Positions 47,401 to 55,515 of a stretch of DNA of 58,012 bases are shown here, one piece after another. The stretch is from a virus. Lineage: Duplodnaviria; Caudoviricetes. The notes under the pieces are model-generated. The model ran no database searches. It was given only the letters and a program-made list of their open reading frames with translations, and had not been told where the DNA came from. A program made the position numbers and the translations under genes. Where the stretch lies: positions 1 to 58,012 of the IMG/VR virus record IMGVR_UViG_3300031658_000009; one strand, written 5' to 3'. Numbering within the stretch: position 1 is the first letter of the stretch; each line of letters opens with the position of its first letter.

Positions 47401-49509
47401 GTTTCCGTCCATGTCATCATTAGCAATAGCAAAACTACCACCCTGAGTTATATATCCTCCGTTTCTTTCAATAGAAGCATTTCTGCCTGAAATGTTTGCA
47501 CCAGTGTTTGTTAAGTAAAAACCATTTGCAGTTGGAACTAGTCTGAATGCTGATCCGCTGTTAATAAGCGCCTGTTCCCCGTTGATGTTGCTTTCTATAA
47601 GGTCAAAAGTGGACTGCACTCCAAAGGGTTGAATAACTTCAGCCTCTCTTGTACCAAACACTAGTTTATCAACCTTCATAGTCACAAGACTTAAGGATAA
47701 CTTATAGGTATCTATGCCTGTGGTTGGGTTAGGGTTTGTTCTTCTAAACCAAACTTCTCCTGACCCAGAAAATGCAGCAGACTCAACTGTTGCTCTGGTA
47801 CCAAAGCCTGTAGTAAACGTGCTAAACCCAGCCTCACCTTGTTGTGGCATTAACTGAGTTGGATACAATCCTTCTATAGCGGTATTTACCAGTGTTTGAA
47901 TTTGAGAACGGGTACTATTAGCCGGAATATCAATTATCTCTCTTACCTGAAAGCCACTGCTAATTACTTTAATTCCTTTTTTAATCTTTTTTATTCCTAC
48001 ACTTTCTTCTGTTGTATCAGAGGTACCCTTCTGAGCAATGAATCTTATTTGAGGAGGTAAGTTTAATACCCCTGAATCAAGGTTTAACCCAGTCTGATTA
48101 CCGGCACCTCCTCCAGTTGCAATAGTCCTGAGCCCAGCCATAGCCGCCATCTTTTCAGCCTGTGTTGAACTTACTTTATTACTACCAGCAGCGTCACTAA
48201 ATACCTCAAATTTACCAAGGTCTTCTATAAAATTAAAATCATTAGTATTATTGAGAACATTTCGAATAACCATTGCTCCATCATTCCAATTAAAGGACAA
48301 TAAAACTTTAGAGTCTTCCGTAACTCCACCAAAAGGTATGTTACTAAAGTCTATATCTATAAAAGAACCCAGATTAGGCTGTAGGGTTGTGTTCTCAGAT
48401 ACAGTAATCTCAAATGTGTTTGGCTTTGCATTGTAGTTGGGTAATGAATCAACATCCATAAATGGTAAGTTGTCATAATTCTCTGTATACCCTCCGTAGA
48501 ACAGCCTACCCTGTGACAGCGCTTGACTATCCGCCTTTTGAGGGAGGTTGTCATATCTCTTGTCTTGAGTCTGAGAAGATAACCCAACATAATTAGAATC
48601 ATTTCTAAAGAATATATTTTGAGTACCTCCTGAATTAACGTTAGGTATTGTTTCAATCAAAAAGAACGGAGCATCCTTGTCTCCAATCCTTGCGTATATA
48701 TTAATTTCACTTACATCTGCGGCGCTGTAGGTTACCTGTATCTTTGCTTCGTTAAAAAAGTTTCTTGCTCCAGCATTAATAAACCCATCTTTCAATTGAG
48801 ATTTAGAAATAGCAAGTTCAGAATAAGGACCTAAAGCACTTTGTTCTCCATCGAAGTATTCATACTGATAAGAAAACTGAAAGTTCTTTTCAAAGATGTC
48901 GTTCTGAGGAGACGCAGAGTTGTTCTGAAAAGTGACTATAGGTGCTACAAGTGGTTGTGCTTTTGCCGCTGTTATATAAGCAAGCCTGTCAGTGTCTGAC
49001 CCTGATAAAAAGTTTGCAGGATAACCGCCTGATCCGGATATACTCTGCTCTGCAAGGTTTGTATTAATCTTCTTAGGTTGAGTCAGGCTGTCATTGAAAT
49101 ACAATAATATATTCCCGTTGGATAACCTTATGATATCTGCATCTACATGTCCCTCTTCGGTAAACTGTAATACAGAGTCTTGATAAACTATAAAAGTCTT
49201 CTTAGCGTTTTGATCGTACCTAAATATAGTATGATTCGTGCTGCTGTTCCAGACAAAGTAATATATCTGTGATGACTGCTCATCTGCAATTGATCCAATA
49301 ACGACATTGCTACCAGCCGGTATTGTGCCATTCTCTATAGTATCGGCTCTACTGATATTACCCCACGCATTCTTTAATACCTGAGCATCAATCTCAGAGT
49401 CAACAGAGACACGCACGTTTTGAGCGTCCACCATTTCGGTGCGCTTAATTAAACGCTCGTCATCATCACTGTTGAGATAGCGTGGTATGATTTTATCAAT
49501 AGAAGGCAT
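44452..49509 (-). CDS. Tail stabilisation/muzzle protein (P22 gp10/crAss-like)
   Basis: 1685 aa, beta-rich. LNSDDDERLI..DAQNVR, RLFYGGY, FKSGSNHELGLIYFDDKGR, YGSIKSM, YTGEYG..NPES, GDSIRDYY. Confidence 0.8.
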   Translation of the reverse strand: MPSIDKIIPRYLNSDDDERLIKRTEMVDAQNVRVSVDSEIDAQVLKNAWGNISRADTIENGTIPAGSNVVIGSIADEQSSQIYYFVWNSSTNHTIFRYDQNAKKTFIVYQDSVLQFTEEGHVDADIIRLSNGNILLYFNDSLTQPKKINTNLAEQSISGSGGYPANFLSGSDTDRLAYITAAKAQPLVAPIVTFQNNSASPQNDIFEKNFQFSYQYEYFDGEQSALGPYSELAISKSQLKDGFINAGARNFFNEAKIQVTYSAADVSEINIYARIGDKDAPFFLIETIPNVNSGGTQNIFFRNDSNYVGLSSQTQDKRYDNLPQKADSQALSQGRLFYGGYTENYDNLPFMDVDSLPNYNAKPNTFEITVSENTTLQPNLGSFIDIDFSNIPFGGVTEDSKVLLSFNWNDGAMVIRNVLNNTNDFNFIEDLGKFEVFSDAAGSNKVSSTQAEKMAAMAGLRTIATGGGAGNQTGLNLDSGVLNLPPQIRFIAQKGTSDTTEESVGIKKIKKGIKVISSGFQVREIIDIPANSTRSQIQTLVNTAIEGLYPTQLMPQQGEAGFSTFTTGFGTRATVESAAFSGSGEVWFRRTNPNPTTGIDTYKLSLSLVTMKVDKLVFGTREAEVIQPFGVQSTFDLIESNINGEQALINSGSAFRLVPTANGFYLTNTGANISGRNASIERNGGYITQGGSFAIANDDMDGNKCFKSGSNHELGLIYFDDKGRAGGVQPLLEETFVQHTNNRDNQNNLDGYADITMRIRHTAPTWASRFSVVYAGQGSIVNKIQYSIGGAYLALNDAAEGGFGAAQNIYLSLGTLQSRNNSYDNQLGADISYGFAEGDRVRIVRYGDNIKETKTWRVSRLTTLLASPTTNPILDRSSKASIQNTTGDFLVLEDNNTFGWNTASIMDNNSNWNNQCVIEIFRESDAFNNMFYYEIGENLSIDSAGVHQTNRISTSTTLKIISQSGNEVVALSAIRLFKGDQVQTAGGESITIGNVVDDDSESGYTVRIYGNTTDTWTPTNIYAVTVQNPDSVFNIDQGDSYFRLRTLFYASAPRKGDVWRNMSAAFSQNALVDFIEDPRVSDFFKSDYTSLGKSFAYLPDARTIKRYGSITYSDPFAFDQSQLGLSSFNISLLNFSDLSYDYGSIKSMVSHDQLMYVIHERRAGVVPVKRNILTADSGEALVNSNMVLGPANYYTGEYGVNNNPESVAQYRGQIYFMDSRAGKVLRIGKETGITVISEVLVDGFFKQQTFSTALSAKNKRYHGGIDRENTEYIISSPALFTSRIAIDDSCAGTQGVGNARTNASGAIINVTPIYDDSLTFFFNTEVRQWECDFDTWDTAGSGLLLIDQLTSNPIVGISENYSPSQSTSLTTDIPVVMTTSQYTAFYPCTFNQLTGVIEFRATEPTGSITVSDTSETLPAFTIAYNLWDKFWSTRYSYNAEGIISLTDRMYTFNAGKIFEHSPDVPKNTFYGITGDTIVEVVSNFNPSMIKVYEALSLEGNNSDWTVTLKNSDQTSAIASSIWDEKENFYYASIHQDSTNNVTYTSTADVTTVSGTSEVFSLGEVDALPSPLTDKITFKNAINNQSFPLGDSTALYLLNVAQNKLEPLNLYAVSVSGEKELTCNATISGFSAGDTLVLIANSAIEGDSIRDYYLQAKFVNSNTTPHELYAINFIYTKSNLHNQQGQ

Positions 49510-49512
49510 TGA

Positions 49513-50256
49513 CTATGCTTTAGGGCTTAATTTGAAATTTCTACGGCTTGTACTTAATGCATCAAACTTGTTCCACGATTTCAATCTAGCATTTGCTAAT
49601 CTACGTTCGTTATAGTATTCTGCACGCGCACGCTGTTTCTCAGTTACCGGTACACTAGACTTTCTGTGTACGGTTTTATAATATATGTACGCTCTTAATG
49701 CTTCTTCCGCGTATACAGGAACACATGGGTTGTCTGACTTGGCTGCATCTGATATGTACTCAAGAACAATCTGCGTAGAAGCGGAAACCAATGAAACCTC
49801 AAAGCGACATTCTTCCCAGTTCACTCTATACTCTCCTGCTCCTTGACCACCACCAAGTCCATACAAACGACCCATTGTAGCCTCATAAACAAAGTTTCTA
49901 AAGACATAAGAATCAAAACCAAGTAAGTAGTCTGGTATAGCATCTGCTGGCTGATCAGGTAGCAAGTTCATGTTTGGGTTTTCCGCAAACACATATACTA
50001 ATCCATCATTACCAAGTTGGCCCATCTTAATCATGTCAACAAAATCAGCAGGCATCTCAGCAGTACCAAGAGATTGGTTTACGTCAAGCAATACTGTCTT
50101 AACGGTATGTGCTATATCAAAACCAAACTCACGTATACCTCTTAAAGCATACTGACGCAACATATAATCAGACGCATTTGAACCATAGTCATCTGAATCT
50201 ATACTCATCGTGTAGTCGTTGACTACCTTATCTACTGTTACGTATGCCTGGCTCAT
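49513..50256 (-). CDS. Tail ring/tubular (head-tail adaptor) protein
   Basis: MPADFVDMIK..IVLEYISD..AEEALRAYI; position upstream of the muzzle gene. Confidence 0.7.
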   Translation of the reverse strand: MSQAYVTVDKVVNDYTMSIDSDDYGSNASDYMLRQYALRGIREFGFDIAHTVKTVLLDVNQSLGTAEMPADFVDMIKMGQLGNDGLVYVFAENPNMNLLPDQPADAIPDYLLGFDSYVFRNFVYEATMGRLYGLGGGQGAGEYRVNWEECRFEVSLVSASTQIVLEYISDAAKSDNPCVPVYAEEALRAYIYYKTVHRKSSVPVTEKQRARAEYYNERRLANARLKSWNKFDALSTSRRNFKLSPKA

Positions 50257-51008
50257 TATCTATTCTCTTGTTTTGTTACCTCTGAATTAGAGTAATTGTA
50301 TACGTTAGCATCACGAAGGTTGACTCCAATCAGAAGCGCTACTTCATTTACTAATTCACCAAAGTATTGTTCTGGCAATTCAAAGTCTACACTATTTGCT
50401 GCTAAGTAAAGTTCGACACCCGCGACTGAAGATGAGTAACCAAACTTAGGAGAAGCAGAAGTTTTCAGTCCTGTTGTAGGCACTGTTCCTTGAGGTAACT
50501 TATAGTACCTAAGGTTTATTTTATTGATGCTTGTGTTTACATTAGGGAATATCTCTATTTGATTTCCTATCAATGCAACAGGGGCATCATCTGAAGGTGC
50601 TGATAAATCGCTGTTTAGTATACGATCTATGTGATCTTCATTGTAACACATCTGAACCACTGATTGTGACCTAACACCTAGTATCATCTTGCCTATAGTA
50701 GATATTGAAATTGCTCTTGCAAAATCAGAAGGCTTGTCTACCACTCCAGAACTTAAAGTCAATTCAGACTTCTTTGCAAATGTCGACAAATCTTCTTCTA
50801 TTTGTTTGAATCGAGCGAACTGACGAGGCCCGTCAAGTTGGCCACGACGCAACCTGTTAGCCATAGTCATTTCTTCAAACAAACTATTGAACACATTCAT
50901 CTGCGCCATGCCTGCAAACTCATTGAATATTGCTGGCGTAACAAACCCTCTTTGGTCTTTGTTGGCTATATCTCTTACCGCTTGGTAAACTCTTTGTACA
51001 CTGGCCAT
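50256..51008 (-). CDS. Tail ring/tubular protein
   Basis: ANKDQRGFVTPAIFN..LRYYKLP..DFELPE. Confidence 0.7.
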   Translation of the reverse strand: MASVQRVYQAVRDIANKDQRGFVTPAIFNEFAGMAQMNVFNSLFEEMTMANRLRRGQLDGPRQFARFKQIEEDLSTFAKKSELTLSSGVVDKPSDFARAISISTIGKMILGVRSQSVVQMCYNEDHIDRILNSDLSAPSDDAPVALIGNQIEIFPNVNTSINKINLRYYKLPQGTVPTTGLKTSASPKFGYSSSVAGVELYLAANSVDFELPEQYFGELVNEVALLIGVNLRDANVYNYSNSEVTKQENR

Positions 51009-51028
51009 AATTGTTTTTGGCTTTACAG

Positions 51029-51036
51029 CAAATATA
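51029..51036 (-). promoter_or_regulatory. -7 element TATATTTG upstream of the tail genes
   Basis: GTATATTTGC, identical to the portal promoter. Confidence 0.7.
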
Positions 51037-51042
51037 CGAAAT

Positions 51043-51073
51043 AAAAAGAGGGGGCCTTACGGGACCCCCTCTA
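51043..51073 (-). terminator. Rho-independent terminator
   Basis: AGAGGGGGTC-CCGTAA-GGCCCCCTCT-TTTT on the minus strand. Confidence 0.8.
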
Positions 51074-51123
51074 CTGCTTACATACGTGTAACACAACACA
51101 TATACGAATAATGCACTGTAAAT

Positions 51124-51930
51124 CTACGAAAGTTTTTCTAATCTATTGACTAGTTCTTCGTATACAGAAGCACCTTTCTCAGTAAGACAAAAACGAACCA
51201 TCATGTCTTTTGGATCCTGACCTTGAGGAACAGAGATAATTAATCGTCCACTATCGAACCAGTATATGCCATCGTTCTTACAAGATATAATCTGAAAATC
51301 AGTTGCTTGAATAACTGCTGAACGTGTCTTTACTCTTGGATCATCGAACATTGCAATGAAAGCCGCAGGACTAGATTTCGCTTCACGCAACATCTCTCTA
51401 CGGATATCAATCATTTTCTGCTCAATATTTATATTCAAAGATAGAGCAACCGCTAGTATCTCATCAGATCCTTTAGTACGAACAAGAGACACAGCGTCAT
51501 GAGTCAAGAACTCGCTGTTTACTTCTTCTTCTGAATCTCTACTATTATCTAGTAGTTTAAATAGTTTACCACCATTAGCGCTATTATTTGGATGTAGTTC
51601 TAGGAACTTAGCAAGGTTAGGTTTATTGTAAGGAACTGCAAGTAGACCGTCTCTAAAAAGAATATGCTCTCTTCTAGAATTTTGGTTTTGTTCATCACGG
51701 AAGATGCTTGGTTCTCCTGGGCAGTAGCGTATACCACGAACCAAATTGGTTTCAGGATCATACACACTTGCTTCAGATTTAATTTTTGTAACGATACCGC
51801 CTCCTCTATTGATAGAGAAAATCTTTGTGGTGTCCGGGGCTGCATCTTTTTTGATTACGCTGTAGCCTTTTTTAGGCTCAGGTGTTTTCTTTTGTGCTGC
51901 CTTAGGAGCAGCCTTTGTTGTAGTTGACAT
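51124..51930 (-). CDS. Conserved-type morphogenesis protein downstream of MCP
   Basis: 268 aa, IRYCPGEPSIF..FLELHPNN; position in the head module. Confidence 0.65.
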   Translation of the reverse strand: MSTTTKAAPKAAQKKTPEPKKGYSVIKKDAAPDTTKIFSINRGGGIVTKIKSEASVYDPETNLVRGIRYCPGEPSIFRDEQNQNSRREHILFRDGLLAVPYNKPNLAKFLELHPNNSANGGKLFKLLDNSRDSEEEVNSEFLTHDAVSLVRTKGSDEILAVALSLNINIEQKMIDIRREMLREAKSSPAAFIAMFDDPRVKTRSAVIQATDFQIISCKNDGIYWFDSGRLIISVPQGQDPKDMMVRFCLTEKGASVYEELVNRLEKLS

Positions 51931-51950
51931 TTGAATAGAATTAAATAATT

Positions 51951-51978
51951 AAAAAAGAGAGGGGCAAATGCCCCTCTC
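51951..51978 (-). terminator. Rho-independent terminator after MCP
   Basis: GAGAGGGGC-ATTT-GCCCCTCTC-TTTTTT on the minus strand. Confidence 0.85.
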
Positions 51979-51993
51979 CGGTAATTGTTCTCC

Positions 51994-53379
51994 TTATGGT
52001 TTCTTGATAAGGATGTGTTGGTTCGCTGCGCGAGTAACCAATGCACACTCAGAACGGTAGTTGAACTGTAGATCATCTTTGTTGGTGTTGTTTACACCTA
52101 AGATAGAACCTGTCATCCAGTGCTCCATTTCACGAGAGTATCCGTTAGTGTCTTTGTAGTTTAATTCCAAAGCAGCGGCACGAGTACCAGTCTTAGGATC
52201 TACTACAGTAGTTAACGGAATCATTGCTCCCACATAGTCAGAACCAGCCAATAATGTTGGGTCGTTCAATAACTTCCATGAGTGCTTGTGGAATGTATAT
52301 CCACCACGCTTGAATGAATCGAAGCCTAGTTCTGAACCACGTCCACCGAATGCACCGATACCACTAGTTGTGTTAGTGAAACCAGCAGCGCCGTTCAATG
52401 AAGCAACCATGTCATCAATTGCCAAAGCCTGAGCAGTGTTCACGTACATAGCGTACTCTGGTGCTGCACCTTGCTTATCAAGTTCAGCGATCAATACATC
52501 CATTTCTGTGAAGTCATCGATCTGACCACTCTGTACAATACCACGATTCTCAATAGCAGCGAAGTAACCTTCTCCCGCTGTTGGGGTACCACCGATGTTT
52601 GTAGTTGTCAATGTATTGGTGATGTTCTCACCTAACAATAACATCATTTCACGCTTATCTAGGAAACGAGCACGAGTGTCCATTTCTCCTTTTACGTACC
52701 AGCGGTAATCACCGTTACCTACATTAACCCAACCAATGTTAGTTGCTTGAGAACCTGTAACCTTAAACACCTCTTTGATGATGTTGTAAGCGTTTGTACG
52801 CTCGATTACATTCGACTCTAAGTAACCAGCATTTTGATCAGAACCCTGAGCAAACAAGTTACCTACAACCGGAAGGTTTATAGCAGCAGTAGAAGTAGTA
52901 GCACCAATGTTACCACTTAGAGACTGAAGTACGTAGTCAGCCGTTGCAGTTTGTGCAACCTCACCTGTTGGAGTAATTGCAGTAACAATCATACGGTGCT
53001 CGCCACCAAATAGAACTACGTCATTCAAACGTAATACAGAAGCATCACCTGTTGCTTTCTTAACCGTAACTGTAGTAGCCGTTGAAGCCGCTGTTGCAGT
53101 TGGGTTAGCAGTTGCATAAGAGTGAAGACGAGTTTCTTCCCAGTACTGAACCTTGTCAGCAGTTCCGCTTGCACGTATTGCACCTGTAAGGCTTAAGAAC
53201 CCTGTTAAACCACCAGAGATTTGCTGGTAACCATAGGTCTTAACCAATTGGTCACGGTTATCTGGGGCATTGATTTTGTCAATAAAATCTCCTAACGAAC
53301 TGTATTTCGTTGGATCTAATCTGCGGAATACCGCGTCTTTGTTGTCATTAAACACCGGAGGTGCTGAAGATGTAGCCAT
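51994..53379 (-). CDS. Major capsid protein
   Basis: 461 aa between an acidic scaffold-like gene and a strong terminator; WEETRLH, GEGYFAAIENRG, LGFDSFKRGGYTFHK, YRSECAL. Confidence 0.82.
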   Translation of the reverse strand: MATSSAPPVFNDNKDAVFRRLDPTKYSSLGDFIDKINAPDNRDQLVKTYGYQQISGGLTGFLSLTGAIRASGTADKVQYWEETRLHSYATANPTATAASTATTVTVKKATGDASVLRLNDVVLFGGEHRMIVTAITPTGEVAQTATADYVLQSLSGNIGATTSTAAINLPVVGNLFAQGSDQNAGYLESNVIERTNAYNIIKEVFKVTGSQATNIGWVNVGNGDYRWYVKGEMDTRARFLDKREMMLLLGENITNTLTTTNIGGTPTAGEGYFAAIENRGIVQSGQIDDFTEMDVLIAELDKQGAAPEYAMYVNTAQALAIDDMVASLNGAAGFTNTTSGIGAFGGRGSELGFDSFKRGGYTFHKHSWKLLNDPTLLAGSDYVGAMIPLTTVVDPKTGTRAAALELNYKDTNGYSREMEHWMTGSILGVNNTNKDDLQFNYRSECALVTRAANQHILIKKP

Positions 53380-53402
53380 GCTAAATAATTTTTAGTTTCT
53401 TA

Positions 53403-54566
53403 TTATAAAAATGTTTGATGCCTCCCAAGTGCATCGAGCACCTGTTCGGTAATGAAATCGTTTTGACTTTGGTCTGGATTTGCTTGTGGGCCAGAGGCGT
53501 CTATGTTAGCAGCCTTCTCAACGATGTTGCGTTGGCCGTCACTTAAACCTTGAGAGTAAATGCTCTGTATAATATTTGGCAAGTTATCTGTAACTGTCCG
53601 ATGCATATTCCACAAATCATGATCCCACTCTCCTTTGGGGTCCACGTACTTATCAAAGAACTCAGTCATGTTGCCGTTATCTTTTGCTAGTTCATTACGG
53701 TAATCAGCCTTAACGCCATAATTGAATTCACGATCACCTGGTAGTTCAAAAGCAATTTCGCTTAGTTCTGTTAGTGACTGCGCATTCGACCTAAACCAAT
53801 CCGTATCAAACGGGCTATCGGGTTGAGCAACATTTGAAGCCTCTTGAGACGGCAGGGTATACGCTTCACGAAGCGATCCTACACTCTGTCGAGCCTTCTC
53901 TGAATCAATCTTTAATTGCAGGTTCGCAATTTTTACTTCCTCTTCAGAATAAACATTATCATCTGTACGGTACTTGGAAGAGATTAATAAATCAATCTCG
54001 TCATTACCAAGAGATGGGTATTCACTTGCCATTTGAACCCGCATAACAGTGCGATCATCCATTTCGGATGGATCTAATGCCTGGTAGCGGAACCAGTCTT
54101 CAGGTGAACGACCTGTTTTATCTACAAAGTCAGCAATAACTTGAATCCTTGGATCAAGATCTAACTCAGGTGATATAGATTGAGACGCTGTTGTTTCTCC
54201 TTGTGCTGGGGGCGTTTCACCCATAAGCGCATTGAAGAAAGTTTCAAAGCCTTCATTCTCATTATTTAAAGAACCTTGCTCTGGCTGGTTGATCGGCTCA
54301 ATAACTTCTTGAGTTACTGGTTGATCTTCCACCGGAGCGGCTTGTTGTACTGGTTGAGCCGATTCAACTACTTGTTGCGGCTCACTCTCAGTTGCAGGTG
54401 CTACTGGTGCACTTTGCTCTGGCGCCTGTGTCTGTACAGGTTCTTGTACAGGCGCTTGTTGCATCTCTTGTACAGGGGCATCTTCTGGGGATCCTGGCAT
54501 CGTATCAGTGATAGTAAAGCCGGCATCCTGAAGAGCCTGTTCCATTTGAGTTTCTAATTTATCCAT
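53403..54566 (-). CDS. Scaffold/capsid assembly protein
   Basis: Acidic, Q/P/E low-complexity N-terminus, directly upstream of MCP. Confidence 0.65.
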   Translation of the reverse strand: MDKLETQMEQALQDAGFTITDTMPGSPEDAPVQEMQQAPVQEPVQTQAPEQSAPVAPATESEPQQVVESAQPVQQAAPVEDQPVTQEVIEPINQPEQGSLNNENEGFETFFNALMGETPPAQGETTASQSISPELDLDPRIQVIADFVDKTGRSPEDWFRYQALDPSEMDDRTVMRVQMASEYPSLGNDEIDLLISSKYRTDDNVYSEEEVKIANLQLKIDSEKARQSVGSLREAYTLPSQEASNVAQPDSPFDTDWFRSNAQSLTELSEIAFELPGDREFNYGVKADYRNELAKDNGNMTEFFDKYVDPKGEWDHDLWNMHRTVTDNLPNIIQSIYSQGLSDGQRNIVEKAANIDASGPQANPDQSQNDFITEQVLDALGRHQTFL

Positions 54567-54589
54567 TTAAAGTATATTTATATATGTAA

Positions 54590-54597
54590 CAAATTTA
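54590..54597 (-). promoter_or_regulatory. -7 element TAAATTTG upstream of scaffold/MCP (second copy at 54980-54987)
   Basis: TAnnTTTG matches 20-23 nt upstream of ATGs. Confidence 0.65.
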
Positions 54598-54660
54598 AAA
54601 CATAAAGTGTATTTTAGCCATAGTGAGCGCACTGGCACTCATTGTGGTTAGGAGTAGCCA

Positions 54661-54697
54661 AAAGAAAAGGGGACCCTGTTAAGAGTCCCCTTTTTTT
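54661..54697. terminator. Bidirectional terminator
   Basis: AAAAGGGGAC-loop-GTCCCCTTTTTTT. Confidence 0.75.
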
Positions 54698-54716
54698 GAT
54701 GTAGTAAAATAAGTGT

Positions 54717-54959
54717 TTAGTATTGGTCTTTCGCTCCTGGATTAAAACCAGCCTTCGCACCAAGCATAGTCATAGTGGCCTTTTCAGTTTTACCCCCAGC
54801 CTTGTATTTTTTAGTACCACCGCGACCTGCATTGCCATCAACGACAGAGTCTGTGTTAGACGCAAGTAGATCAGCAGCCATTTTTCTTTGGGCTGGATCT
54901 TCAAGTAAAGCCTTTAATAGACCTCCGTTTTTATACATTTTCATTAATCTGTCGTCCAT
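54717..54959 (-). CDS. Small protein with two YKxGG motifs
   Basis: KMYKNGG and KKYKAGG; own -7 element upstream. Confidence 0.7.
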   Translation of the reverse strand: MDDRLMKMYKNGGLLKALLEDPAQRKMAADLLASNTDSVVDGNAGRGGTKKYKAGGKTEKATMTMLGAKAGFNPGAKDQY

Positions 54960-55060
54960 GATAAAGTATTTTGTTATTGCAAATTTAAGTAATGTTATCT
55001 AAGTTTATATAAGTGAATAAATATTTACACTCTGTACCTTAGATCTATACTTCTTTGCCA

Positions 55061-55354
55061 TTACCACTTAACTTTATTTGCCCAATACGCAGCAGAGAAT
55101 TTACCTCTAGCAATATTTTTAGCATGACGAGCCTTGAATGAAGCACGTTTCTTTTTCATCTTATCAGATTCCCCTGCTTTTGGTTTACCCGCTGTTGATG
55201 CTCCTTGCTCTCCAAATCTAATAACCTTTACCTTATCGCCTTCTTTTGCAGCAACTATGTGTGATTTCTTAGCGTGATCAGGAGTACGCTTTGGTTGGTT
55301 AAAACCTGATAACCTATATCTCTTTAATATATTCTTGTACTTGCTTTCGGACAT
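55061..55354 (-). CDS. Small basic phage protein (IRFG..FKARH..SAAYWA type)
   Basis: Likely start is ATG 55354, 4 nt after TATATTTG (55359-55366). Confidence 0.7.
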   Translation of the reverse strand: MSESKYKNILKRYRLSGFNQPKRTPDHAKKSHIVAAKEGDKVKVIRFGEQGASTAGKPKAGESDKMKKKRASFKARHAKNIARGKFSAAYWANKVKW

Positions 55355-55515
55355 AGTACAAATATAAGGATTATCGTTTTGCTCCTGGTACAGCGAGGTG
55401 TGTCTCAAGTTTATTTACAATCTCAAAAACCTTTTCATTTTCATAATGATGAGATGGGATTATAATATAAAGTAGCCTTAATTGTTCTGTGGTTAGATCT
55501 ATGTAATGCGTCATT

